Origin: a virus
Lineage: Duplodnaviria; Caudoviricetes
Length of the DNA: 47,391 nt
Virus record (IMG/VR): IMGVR_UViG_3300049924_000503
Span: 1-47,391 of that record
Reading direction: 5' to 3' (one strand)
Shown here piece after piece: positions 37,558-45,310 of the stretch (positions are counted from its first letter, which is position 1; the number at the start of each line of letters is the position of its first letter). Under the pieces are notes generated by a model. That model was not told the origin of the DNA. It saw nothing but the letters and a program-made list of their open reading frames with translations, and ran no database searches. Position numbers and translations under genes: made by a program.

Positions 37558-37769
37558 TAGAGGTCAAGCTCCAATATGGGACGCGCCTTTACAATCCAAA
37601 GATGCGTCTGCGGATTAGTCGGACTTGGAAGAATGGAGAGGCACGCAAAAGCCTCGTTAGCCTTCTTCACAGGGTAAAGCTTTGCGCGCAAAGCGATAGG
37701 ATCGGTAGTTTCAATACACACTCCATACTCTGCGCGCAAGGCGTCGTAAAGGATTTCGGTGAGGATCAT
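37557..37769 (-). CDS. hypothetical protein (C-terminal ILELDL)
   Basis: ATG overlaps the HIRAN gene stop. Confidence 0.65.
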   Translation of the reverse strand: MILTEILYDALRAEYGVCIETTDPIALRAKLYPVKKANEAFACLSILPSPTNPQTHLWIVKARPILELDL

Positions 37770-38074
37770 TCGTCGTCGAATATGATGGAAATGAAGGGGA
37801 CGAGCTGAGAGGCCCAACTGCTGATAGCGGCGGTGTAATCGGCGCCCTCGGACACATCCGCTGCAATGTCCGCAGCAATTTCCTTTTCGACATAGCCCAC
37901 GAAGGTGCCGTCAAAGAGAATTTTTACTGCGTTGGGGTCGTATTGATTGGTTGGCTCGTGTTCGAGGGTGACTTCGATGTCAAGCTCAGTTTCATCAGCG
38001 CGAATGCGCTTCAGCGTCTCTTTGACTTCTGCTGAGCGGAATGAAATACCTTGAAGTTTCGTAATGTAAGACAT
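37766..38074 (-). CDS. HIRAN domain protein
   Basis: LQGISFR...LEHEPTNQYDPNAVKI....VGYV. Confidence 0.85.
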   Translation of the reverse strand: MSYITKLQGISFRSAEVKETLKRIRADETELDIEVTLEHEPTNQYDPNAVKILFDGTFVGYVEKEIAADIAADVSEGADYTAAISSWASQLVPFISIIFDDE

Positions 38075-38100
38075 GGGCTTCGGGCCTTTGTTTGAGGAGG

Positions 38101-38180
38101 GGGTGCTAGCACCCACAGGCTGGACGGAATGTGGGTGCTAGCAGTCAGCGCGGGGCAGCGGGAGTCATGCCCCGGCGCCG
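38101..38180. repeat. intergenic inverted repeats / structured RNA candidate
   Basis: 14-bp perfect IR (38104-38117 with 38130-38143), perfect palindrome GGGTGCTAGCACCC at 38101-38114, second hairpin at 38151-38174. Confidence 0.7.
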
Positions 38181-38181
38181 A

Positions 38182-38700
38182 TTAGAGGCCGAGTTCGGAA
38201 GCGTCACCGGCGATGAGCTTCTCTTTGTCGGCAACACGCTTTTTCGCGGCTTTGAGAACGTCCTCACGGGCCATGAGTGTTTCGCGCGTGGTATCGAGTT
38301 TGGCTTCCCATTCGTCCTTGGTGAGGCCCTCGGGCACCTGCGTGATCTTGCGTCCCTTGGCGGCAAGATCGGCGCGGATGAGGTCAGTAGCGATTGCGCG
38401 GGCTTCACGCTCGACCGGGTCGAGACGCCGAGTGGACACGCCGGAGCCGCCCATGGCGAAGGTGTATTCAGCGTCATACTGAGCAACGGCTGCGGCCAAA
38501 GCGTCGTATTTGGAGCTGTCGCCGGCTTCCTTGGCCTCGAGCGCTTCCTTCACCTGAGTTCGCATGTTGTTGCCGATGTTCTCGGAACGGACCTGGTTCA
38601 GGGTTTTGGCCTCGGCGGCGGTCAGGACGTGGCCTTCAAGATAGGGCTGTGAAATTGTGAAAGACTCACCTGCGATGAGTTTGGTTTTCTGGTCCGACAT
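38182..38700 (-). CDS. hypothetical helical protein
   Basis: own upstream promoter; Ala/Glu/Lys-rich; ends in ELGL. Confidence 0.75.
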   Translation of the reverse strand: MSDQKTKLIAGESFTISQPYLEGHVLTAAEAKTLNQVRSENIGNNMRTQVKEALEAKEAGDSSKYDALAAAVAQYDAEYTFAMGGSGVSTRRLDPVEREARAIATDLIRADLAAKGRKITQVPEGLTKDEWEAKLDTTRETLMAREDVLKAAKKRVADKEKLIAGDASELGL

Positions 38701-38740
38701 TTTGGTTCCCTTTGTGGGGTTGGGTTGATGTTACATTGTC

Positions 38741-38769
38741 ACGGTATCGGTTCTGGCGCGGTGTGTCAA
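38741..38769 (-). promoter_or_regulatory. sigma70 promoter
   Basis: TTGACA-N17-TACCGT on the minus strand. Confidence 0.6.
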
Positions 38770-38786
38770 TGGGTTTATTGAGGGAT

Positions 38787-38821
38787 GATATGGTTTATTA
38801 ACGTGGTGGATTAGCCATATC
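38787..38821. promoter_or_regulatory. 35-bp palindrome, copy B
   Basis: GATATGG-TTTATTAAC-GTG-GTGGATTAG-CCATATC, 17 bp upstream of the -35 box. Confidence 0.75.
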
Positions 38822-40256
38822 AAACTCCTTCAAAGTTTTCAAAGTCAATGTAGATCAGCTCGTTCTTCGCCCGAGTCTGCGCGACGTAGAGAATGTTTTT
38901 CTCTTGTGTGTCCTTGTCCGTGCGGATACGGTAGGAGTCGAGAATGAACACGCGATCCCACTCAAGACCTTTGGCCTTGTGAATGGTCATGAGTTTGATT
39001 GAGCCACTTATGGCGAGAAGATGCTCGGCGTAGGCGATGGCGTCGCCAAGGGTCTCGCCTTGTTCGAGGAAAATACCGATGCACTCGGCTTGATCGTTGA
39101 TCTTTGACTTGTCTCGGGCCTTGGTGTTCTTTGCGTCCCGCCATGCGGCGAGAAAGCCAAGGGCAGTTTCACGCTTTGCCGTGGTCGGGCCGAGTTTTTT
39201 CATGACTTTAACGAGGGCCTTGCCAATGTCGTTTCCGACAAGTTCGGGATACTTTCCATTCTTCAACAGACGGATGGCGGTGTTGAATAGTGGGGCGTTA
39301 TTGCGGCATAGGATAACGTCCCCATCGCGGAATGTCTCGACGTTGTATTTGTCGAGGCGCTGGACTTCGCCTTCGACTGCCCATTCGGGGTACTGCATGA
39401 TTGGAGCGCGCCAACGAGCTTCTTCGACAATCTTCCGTGCACAGCGAAAGGAGACGGAAAGTTGTAAAGACTTCATGTGGAAGGTTTGAGCGAGGAGAGC
39501 CATGGAGTCTTCGTGAGCGCCTCGAAAACCGTAGATAGACTGGTTTTCGTCGCCGACCGCGATGAGACGGTTTTTGCGAACTATCTTTCCGAGCATGACG
39601 TGGTTAAGGGCGGAAAGGTCCTGGGCCTCGTCAATAAGGGTGAGTGGGTATGCCGGAAAGGCTCCGTGAAAGCACGTGGGCATGAGGATTTGGTCGTTGA
39701 AATCCATGGTCCCTTGGAGAGCTTGTTTAAGTCCCTCGATTGAAGCTTGACGGATTATGTCTTGCTGGAGGATCGAGGGTTCTTCGTCGAGGGAGGCGAA
39801 GAGTTCATCATCGTTCATAAGGCGTTTGCCGGTGTCGAATTTTCCGGTCGGAATATAACCAGCGGTTTTGCCGTAGTCAATAGCTCGTATGATGTCGGAC
39901 ATGGTTTCGTAGGCTTCCTCGGCTTCTTTGCCGGAGAGGTTTTTGAGGATTTCGGAGACAATGCCGTAGGTCTTGCCATTGACGATGGTTAGGCGCTTAC
40001 CGATGGCGGACGCCCAAGTTCGGTGACCGATGGAGTTCAGGGTAAAGGCCTCGCAATTACCGGGTAAGCGTGACTGCATTTCAACCTGAATGCGTTTGTT
40101 AAATGCAAGGGCAAGTGTAGGGATGTCCTTGACTGCATTTGCAATCATTACGAGGGTTGATGTTTTGGCAGCGCCGGCAAGGGCGTGAATGATGAGATTG
40201 TCCTTGGTTGAGGTAGCGGCCTCGATGCAGGAAAGTTGTTCGGGGGTAGGGGTCAT
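38820..40256 (-). CDS. SF1 UvrD/Rep-like DNA helicase
   Basis: ALAGAAKT, LIDEAQDL, VGDENQSIYGFRGA, MTIHKAKGLEW, YVAQTRAK. Confidence 0.93.
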   Translation of the reverse strand: MTPTPEQLSCIEAATSTKDNLIIHALAGAAKTSTLVMIANAVKDIPTLALAFNKRIQVEMQSRLPGNCEAFTLNSIGHRTWASAIGKRLTIVNGKTYGIVSEILKNLSGKEAEEAYETMSDIIRAIDYGKTAGYIPTGKFDTGKRLMNDDELFASLDEEPSILQQDIIRQASIEGLKQALQGTMDFNDQILMPTCFHGAFPAYPLTLIDEAQDLSALNHVMLGKIVRKNRLIAVGDENQSIYGFRGAHEDSMALLAQTFHMKSLQLSVSFRCARKIVEEARWRAPIMQYPEWAVEGEVQRLDKYNVETFRDGDVILCRNNAPLFNTAIRLLKNGKYPELVGNDIGKALVKVMKKLGPTTAKRETALGFLAAWRDAKNTKARDKSKINDQAECIGIFLEQGETLGDAIAYAEHLLAISGSIKLMTIHKAKGLEWDRVFILDSYRIRTDKDTQEKNILYVAQTRAKNELIYIDFENFEGV

Positions 40257-40267
40257 TGCAAAGTTCC

Positions 40268-40546
40268 TTAAAATGGAATATCAGTGTCAGAACGAGGTGC
40301 TTGCGGAACATGTTCAATACTCAGCATCTTTAACTCCGCTGGAATGTTACCATACCATTTAGCGTAAGCCTTGTCAATGGCTGTATTTATTTCAGCGGCA
40401 AAAACGCGAACTTCTAATTTTACTCCGTTGATTTCTTTTGCAAAACACACTGACCAATTAAAAATATATTTTCCGGGGCCAACTATGGCAATTTCTACTC
40501 CATTTTCAGATAGTTCTATAAGCTTTTCCACATTATTCTCTTTCAT
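40268..40546 (-). CDS. hypothetical protein with SSB-like C-terminal DIPF tail
   Basis: ends SDTDIPF; start overlaps the ATPase stop. Confidence 0.6.
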   Translation of the reverse strand: MKENNVEKLIELSENGVEIAIVGPGKYIFNWSVCFAKEINGVKLEVRVFAAEINTAIDKAYAKWYGNIPAELKMLSIEHVPQAPRSDTDIPF

Positions 40547-41889
40547 TGTAAGGTTCCAGTTCTGTTTGTCTCAAATGAGCCCTCGGCGACGCCAACGGCT
40601 TCAATAAACTCACGCACAGCGTATGCGTGGGAAAGGCCTTTGTTCTCCTTCACAATTTCGTCAACGGCTTCGCGGAGGTCGCCAAGACCAATGCCGGTGA
40701 TGGTTTGGTTTTTTAAATCTCGGCGAAAGGCAATGCTTTTGGCCCTGTTAACGAGGCCTACGAGCATTGCGCCCGATATTATATGGGCGAGGGTAAGTTT
40801 GTGTAAGGTCTCCGTACCGTTGGCTTGGATTTGAACCATGTCCATAAGGACGTGATCGGGAAGAAGGAAGTAGTCGAGGGTTTGGTCAACGAGTTGATCG
40901 TGGTGGTAGGTGTGCTGGAGAGGGGCGGTTTGAATGTGATTGCGCAAGATGACCTTAGCCGACTCGAAAGAAGGGCGCTCGATCTTGATCTTGCGATCAC
41001 AGCGTCCATCACGTAGAAGAGCCTCGTCAATGACTTCGGGCCGGTTAGTGGCGAGAATGACAAATGCCCCTGACTCTTCTAAGCCATCCATTTCGGCGAG
41101 GAAAGTAGAGACGTTAGCGATGGCCCAAGACCTTCCGTTGGTGCGGGAAGGAAGAATGGCGTCGGCTTCATCTATGAAAATAGTCAAAGGCATTTTGTAG
41201 TGCTTTTTGTATTCACGAGCGTAGGTGAAAAAGGCTTTGATCTGGGCTTCGGTTTCGCCGACCCAAGGAGATTGTAAGGATGCTCCGTTGATGGAGAGCA
41301 TCTTTGCGTCTTTGCCATGCAGCTTGGCTATGATGGAAGCAGCGACCTTGCCGAAGAGCGTCTTCCCGCATCCAGGAGGACCGTATAGAAGGACACCTTT
41401 AAGCGTTTTTATTGCATAGTGGGCGTAAAGCTCTGCGTGCTTGATTGGGTCCTCAACGGCCTCGCGGAGAGCTTGATGAGCCGCCTCGTTACCGACTACG
41501 GAGGACCAATCGAGGTCGGAGGAAAGGGGTAGAAGATACTCGGAAACGGCTTTCTCAGCCTCGGTGAGGGATGAAGGAAGAGTAGGGGTTGGAGATTTTT
41601 CGATAGTGTTTAGTGCTTCAAAAGTTTTACTAAGGAAATTGAAAAAATCTGGATCACGCACATAGGTATAATCGCCGGGAGATTTGCCCGGTCCTCCTCG
41701 CCTATAGTCGCCCATGCTTCCGTCCTTTGGATAGCACTGCCTGCAATTAAGATCACCGCATCCTCGGCGCTCGAATTGATCCTTGCGGCGCTGATCTTCT
41801 TCGCGCACTCGCATTTCCATAGCGGTCATGGGACGTTCTTTTTGCCCATAGGGCGACTGATTATCTTTTGGGGTTTTTGGATTTTTCAC
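40543..41889 (-). CDS. classical AAA+ ATPase, ARC/Mpa (proteasome-associated ATPase)-like
   Basis: KGVLLYGPPGCGKT, WVGETE pore loop, IFIDEAD, SRH ATNRPEVIDEALLRDGRCDRKIKIERP, ISGAM...RAK. Confidence 0.85.
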   Translation of the reverse strand: MKNPKTPKDNQSPYGQKERPMTAMEMRVREEDQRRKDQFERRGCGDLNCRQCYPKDGSMGDYRRGGPGKSPGDYTYVRDPDFFNFLSKTFEALNTIEKSPTPTLPSSLTEAEKAVSEYLLPLSSDLDWSSVVGNEAAHQALREAVEDPIKHAELYAHYAIKTLKGVLLYGPPGCGKTLFGKVAASIIAKLHGKDAKMLSINGASLQSPWVGETEAQIKAFFTYAREYKKHYKMPLTIFIDEADAILPSRTNGRSWAIANVSTFLAEMDGLEESGAFVILATNRPEVIDEALLRDGRCDRKIKIERPSFESAKVILRNHIQTAPLQHTYHHDQLVDQTLDYFLLPDHVLMDMVQIQANGTETLHKLTLAHIISGAMLVGLVNRAKSIAFRRDLKNQTITGIGLGDLREAVDEIVKENKGLSHAYAVREFIEAVGVAEGSFETNRTGTLQ

Positions 41890-42091
41890 GTTGTTTCTCC
41901 GGGGTTATGAGATAGGCTTTTGCATGACCGTAGCACATGCGAAAGTTATGGGTGACGGGCTGACCGCAGTACATCGGGAAGGGCTCAACCGGAACAATGC
42001 AAGCGCACATTCCGGGTTGGAGGTCCTTTAAACGCACAGGGTTAATTAAGGAGTTCGACGGCGGCGGCGAGGTAATCTCGTTCATCGGCAT
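41861..42091 (-). CDS. GcrA C-terminal-domain-like protein
   Basis: LKDLQPGMC..IV......YCG.PV......C.GH matches the GcrA L.DL....C.WP....FCG......YC..H pattern. Confidence 0.7.
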   Translation of the reverse strand: MPMNEITSPPPSNSLINPVRLKDLQPGMCACIVPVEPFPMYCGQPVTHNFRMCYGHAKAYLITPEKQREKSKNPKR

Positions 42092-42440
42092 GAGGCTCCT
42101 CTGTTGGAGTGGCGCGTAAAGGGTCGATCACGTTGCCAGCGGTATCGCGAAGGATGCCTTTGGGCGTCACGGCACGGATGACGAGGATGCAGTCGTTACC
42201 CGGTTTGAGGATGATCTCTATTTGGTCAAAACGAGAGGCAGGAACAAGGCCACTTTCGACGCCTTTGCGTTTTTCATCAAGTCGGCGAAGAGCGGTGCGG
42301 TATGAATAGCAGCGAAAGCGGAACTTTCGCGCCTTCCGCACGTCAGCGAGTTCGTATTCGACGGTGCCGAGTTCAATGGCCTTGTCGAGGACGGCCGCCA
42401 CGTCCGCGAAACGGCCGAGGTTTTCACTTGGGGGTTTCAT
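42042..42440 (-). CDS. hypothetical protein
   Basis: AAGGAG SD; basic ARKFRFRCYSYR segment. Confidence 0.65.
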   Translation of the reverse strand: MKPPSENLGRFADVAAVLDKAIELGTVEYELADVRKARKFRFRCYSYRTALRRLDEKRKGVESGLVPASRFDQIEIILKPGNDCILVIRAVTPKGILRDTAGNVIDPLRATPTEEPHADERDYLAAAVELLN

Positions 42441-42441
42441 A

Positions 42442-42723
42442 TTAGTCTTCTCCTTTCACGCCTTGCGTGCTTTTCCGGTATTCTTCTTCGACGCGGACAG
42501 CTTCGTTAAAAGCGCCTGAGCCGTGATAGAGATCATACCAGGCACTAACGTATAAACGAGAGCGAAAGCCCGCAGCCTCAGCAACTAGACAAAAAGGTAA
42601 AATATCTTTTACCTTAGCCAAACGATAGGAAAATTCATCCCAAGTAATCTCTTCATAAGAGTTATTATGACTTTGTATGGGAAAGCGTGATTTGATTTCT
42701 TCAACGCGGTCTAAATTGTTCAT
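42442..42723 (-). CDS. hypothetical protein
   Basis: AAGGAG SD. Confidence 0.6.
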   Translation of the reverse strand: MNNLDRVEEIKSRFPIQSHNNSYEEITWDEFSYRLAKVKDILPFCLVAEAAGFRSRLYVSAWYDLYHGSGAFNEAVRVEEEYRKSTQGVKGED

Positions 42724-42735
42724 TTTAGGCTCCTT

Positions 42736-43032
42736 TCAAAGGTCGAGGTTTATGTCTTCAAGCGTGAGCTCGAGATCGGCGAGGACGGGTTTTGCTCGCG
42801 TCTCCGCACGGTCCATGCGGAGCCAGTGGTCGATTTGCTCTTGGATCGGTGACGCCTGCGTGCCAATGCGTAGATCGTCAGCTTTCTTGCGCTCGGAGAG
42901 CAACTTCACCAAGAGGCGAAGCCCGCCCACGGAGAGGGGAATGGCGAGGTCATATGTCCGCACACTCGTTGGCGATGGAACGGTTACGAGAAGTTGGGCC
43001 TCCGGCCCAAGGGATATGGTGAGGGGTTTCAT
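42736..43032 (-). CDS. hypothetical protein (C-terminal DINLDL)
   Basis: ATGA overlap; RIGT.ASP.Q motif. Confidence 0.65.
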   Translation of the reverse strand: MKPLTISLGPEAQLLVTVPSPTSVRTYDLAIPLSVGGLRLLVKLLSERKKADDLRIGTQASPIQEQIDHWLRMDRAETRAKPVLADLELTLEDINLDL

Positions 43033-43217
43033 TTGATTAACCTGTAGCCGAGTTTCCGGGAGGACTCAATGACGTGGGAAGTGTGAATGTTGATGAGACT
43101 GGCGTGGAAGGAAATTGTGGTTTTAGAAACGCCGAGAGCCGAAGCGATTTCGCCGAGGCACACGTAGGTGAGCTGGCGGGAAAGGTATTCGATGATGGCT
43201 TGTTGAATGGGTTTCAT
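43029..43217 (-). CDS. winged HTH (HTH_11/BirA-like) DNA-binding protein
   Basis: EIASALGVSKTTISFH...IESSRKLGYRL. Confidence 0.75.
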   Translation of the reverse strand: MKPIQQAIIEYLSRQLTYVCLGEIASALGVSKTTISFHASLINIHTSHVIESSRKLGYRLIK

Positions 43218-43453
43218 CAGAGTTTCCTTTCCAGAATATACCCCTTCGGGGTGGTGATGATTTTGTGGAAGCAAAGTTTTCGGTGCATGAGACTTATCTC
43301 AGCGCGGATGACGTTTTCTGGGAAGTTGGGAAGTTTCTTTCCATCGTATATGCTAGCGGAAAGTTGCTCAGAGGATTGGGGATGATCGTGGGCTTCGAGA
43401 AATGCGAAGATGCGAGACTGAAGTGGGGAAAGGGGCTTGCCGGTGCGTTTCAT
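43217..43453 (-). CDS. stand-alone OmpR/PhoB(CtrA)-type winged-helix domain
   Basis: LSPLQSRIFAFL...SSEQL...IY...NVIRAEISLMHRKL...IITTPKGYIL. Confidence 0.7.
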   Translation of the reverse strand: MKRTGKPLSPLQSRIFAFLEAHDHPQSSEQLSASIYDGKKLPNFPENVIRAEISLMHRKLCFHKIITTPKGYILERKL

Positions 43454-43836
43454 GATTTTGGCTCCAGTGCGGCTCGGGCAAGCCTGATGTTGTGTTTCTT
43501 TTCTGGATCGCCTAAATTGTTGATGAGCATGTAGTCGCAAGTTTCATCAACCAGCGCAGTCAACGCCGTCCTCAGCCTGTCCCGTTCCGCCTCTGCGGCA
43601 GTGACGTGACTGAAGATTTCATTGTTGATTTTCATCAAGTCCTGCAAAGGCGTGGCTGAATTGAGTTTGCCGATTGTCACGGCTGCGTCAATCTCATTCG
43701 CCCGCAGTCGCTCATTCTCTGCCAACAGGGCGGGGAGAGCTTCCCATGCAGCAATGTCATCGTATGCCGTCGCATCTCCGGATGCCGCCTTACCACAAAG
43801 CCGCTGCCATTTGGCAATCTGTTCATTTGTAATCAT
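43450..43836 (-). CDS. hypothetical (Ead/Ea22-like) protein
   Basis: ALPALLAENERLR motif; AGGAG SD. Confidence 0.6.
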   Translation of the reverse strand: MITNEQIAKWQRLCGKAASGDATAYDDIAAWEALPALLAENERLRANEIDAAVTIGKLNSATPLQDLMKINNEIFSHVTAAEAERDRLRTALTALVDETCDYMLINNLGDPEKKHNIRLARAALEPKS

Positions 43837-43845
43837 GATGTTCTC

Positions 43846-44133
43846 CTAAAGGTCCAGTTCCAAGTTCGCAAAGTCAATAGGCTCGTTCGCTTTCGCGAGC
43901 TGGGCATTTTCTTTCGCAATCTTATCCTGCAAGTCAAAGATCGCTAGATCTGCGGCCAACTGCAACGCCGAGGCACTGGCATAGCCGGAAAGATACGCGA
44001 GAGAATGCCCGCGGACCGAGAGCATGTCATACGCACAGTGTACTGAAACGGAAAAGTCCTTGCGAGTGTCGCTGTAAACGACACTCCAAGAACGAATGAG
44101 TTCATCGGGGAAGGTGAATGAGTTAGAACTCAT
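43846..44133 (-). CDS. hypothetical protein (C-terminal NLELDL)
   Basis: GGAG SD before ATG 44133. Confidence 0.6.
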   Translation of the reverse strand: MSSNSFTFPDELIRSWSVVYSDTRKDFSVSVHCAYDMLSVRGHSLAYLSGYASASALQLAADLAIFDLQDKIAKENAQLAKANEPIDFANLELDL

Positions 44134-44296
44134 ACAGGACTCCGTCAAACAAGGCTTCGGCATGGTCGGCGTCAACATGGACGTTGTAATAACCTTGATG
44201 AATGAGATACGACTCGATCACGGCGAAGGAGGCAGCGGTCATGCGTAAATGCGCGACATGCAGGACTGTAATGAGGTAGTGCGATGAGAGGATCAT
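44123..44296 (-). CDS. small hypothetical protein (57 aa, not in ORF track)
   Basis: MILSSHYLITV...DGVLYEF; GAAGGA SD; fills a gap in the operon. Confidence 0.45.
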   Translation of the reverse strand: MILSSHYLITVLHVAHLRMTAASFAVIESYLIHQGYYNVHVDADHAEALFDGVLYEF

Positions 44297-44297
44297 G

Positions 44298-44441
44298 TCA
44301 ATGTTCCTTCATTTTGGCATACGCCCATGCGGAAAGCTTGACGTAGTGTTGGCCTTGAGGCAACGGAATGTCCTGCTCGGGGCGAATGCCGCTGGCGAGG
44401 AGGAGGGTGAATGATGTGGCGGAAAGGAGGATGAACATCAT
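44298..44441 (-). CDS. small hypothetical protein (47 aa, hydrophobic N-terminus)
   Basis: MMFILLSATSFTLLLASG...; GAGG SD; ATGA overlap. Confidence 0.45.
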   Translation of the reverse strand: MMFILLSATSFTLLLASGIRPEQDIPLPQGQHYVKLSAWAYAKMKEH

Positions 44442-44704
44442 GCGATCCTCTCGAGTTTGGCGGAAAGTTCACCAAAGGTTTTGCTGTCCCGGATAGCCAT
44501 GTGTAATTCATTTGACGTTTGTTTTTTAACAAAAAAAATTCGTTCGGAGTCTTTGGTAAAATTTTTAAACCCTGCCAGAATAACTTTTCCCGGAAATGTT
44601 TGTGCTGCCCATTGGCCAATAGCGCAATCCTGCGACCACGAGTTATATTGTTCATCTGAAGGCTTTGCTTTCACAAACGCCTTAAAGCTTTCAAAGTATG
44701 TCAT
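44438..44704 (-). CDS. hypothetical protein
   Basis: KPSDEQY......CAIGQW...TFGEL motif; GGAG SD just 3' of a ribozyme. Confidence 0.65.
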   Translation of the reverse strand: MTYFESFKAFVKAKPSDEQYNSWSQDCAIGQWAAQTFPGKVILAGFKNFTKDSERIFFVKKQTSNELHMAIRDSKTFGELSAKLERIA

Positions 44705-44718
44705 TATCGTGACTCCAT

Positions 44719-44779
44719 TGAGCGGCTCATCAGTCGGGGATTGCTCACTTCCCCGAGACGGCGCGAACGCCGTTTCGCC
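44719..44779 (-). ncRNA. type II hammerhead ribozyme (HH-2)
   Basis: minus strand: GGC-GAA-ACGGCG-UUCG-CGCCGU-C^UCGGGGA-AGUGAGCAA-UCCCCGA-CUGAUGA-GCC-GCUCA; complete core; loop I UGAGC pairs with the 3' tail GCUCA. Confidence 0.92.
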
Positions 44780-45016
44780 TTACGGACGAATCTTATTCCG
44801 AAAGACTTCACGTGGAAACTTCTCGCCGAGTGGAGTTTCGGCCGTTTCATATTCTCGGTCTGCGGAATAGAATGCATCTTGCCCGCCGGTAATAAATCCT
44901 GCCACACCATTCCGCATATGAAGCATCACGCGCCCGTAGGCGAATGGATCGCTTTTTTCAGAAGCGATGTAATTCAGAGCTGCCTCGCGACGTTTTGTTT
45001 CAGCGTTTGTCATCAT
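44780..45016 (-). CDS. hypothetical protein flanked by two hammerheads
   Basis: CAGGAG SD; stop codon abuts HH-2. Confidence 0.65.
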   Translation of the reverse strand: MMTNAETKRREAALNYIASEKSDPFAYGRVMLHMRNGVAGFITGGQDAFYSADREYETAETPLGEKFPREVFRNKIRP

Positions 45017-45027
45017 CTATCTCCTGT

Positions 45028-45091
45028 CAGCCCAACTCATCAGCACAAGGTGGCTATGTCTTGTGGACGGGCGATGAGCGCCCGTTTCGTT
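45028..45091 (-). ncRNA. type II hammerhead ribozyme (HH-1)
   Basis: minus strand: AAC-GAA-ACGGGCG-CUCAU-CGCCCGU-C^CACAAG-ACAUAGCCAC-CUUGUG-CUGAUGA-GUU-G-GGCUG; loop I UAGCC pairs with the 3' GGCUG. Confidence 0.88.
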
Positions 45092-45310
45092 TTATTCAAT
45101 GCGCCAGATACGATAAGACGTATCATCAATTCTTCGCTGAACAAATTTACGTCCGAGCTTTCGCCCCAGAAGGCAAATTTGTGCTGAAGTGGCATTAGGT
45201 AAACCTTGGCACACAAAGCTTTGACCTATTTCCAGCTTTTTGATTGTCTCTGCTCGTCCTGAAGCTCGAGTTTTTGGTATTGGAACGCCTGTTTCGATTT
45301 CGTACGCCAT
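45092..45310 (-). CDS. conserved small basic phage protein
   Basis: IETGVPIP...LEIGQSF...RKF..R.....RIWR pattern. Confidence 0.7.
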   Translation of the reverse strand: MAYEIETGVPIPKTRASGRAETIKKLEIGQSFVCQGLPNATSAQICLLGRKLGRKFVQRRIDDTSYRIWRIE

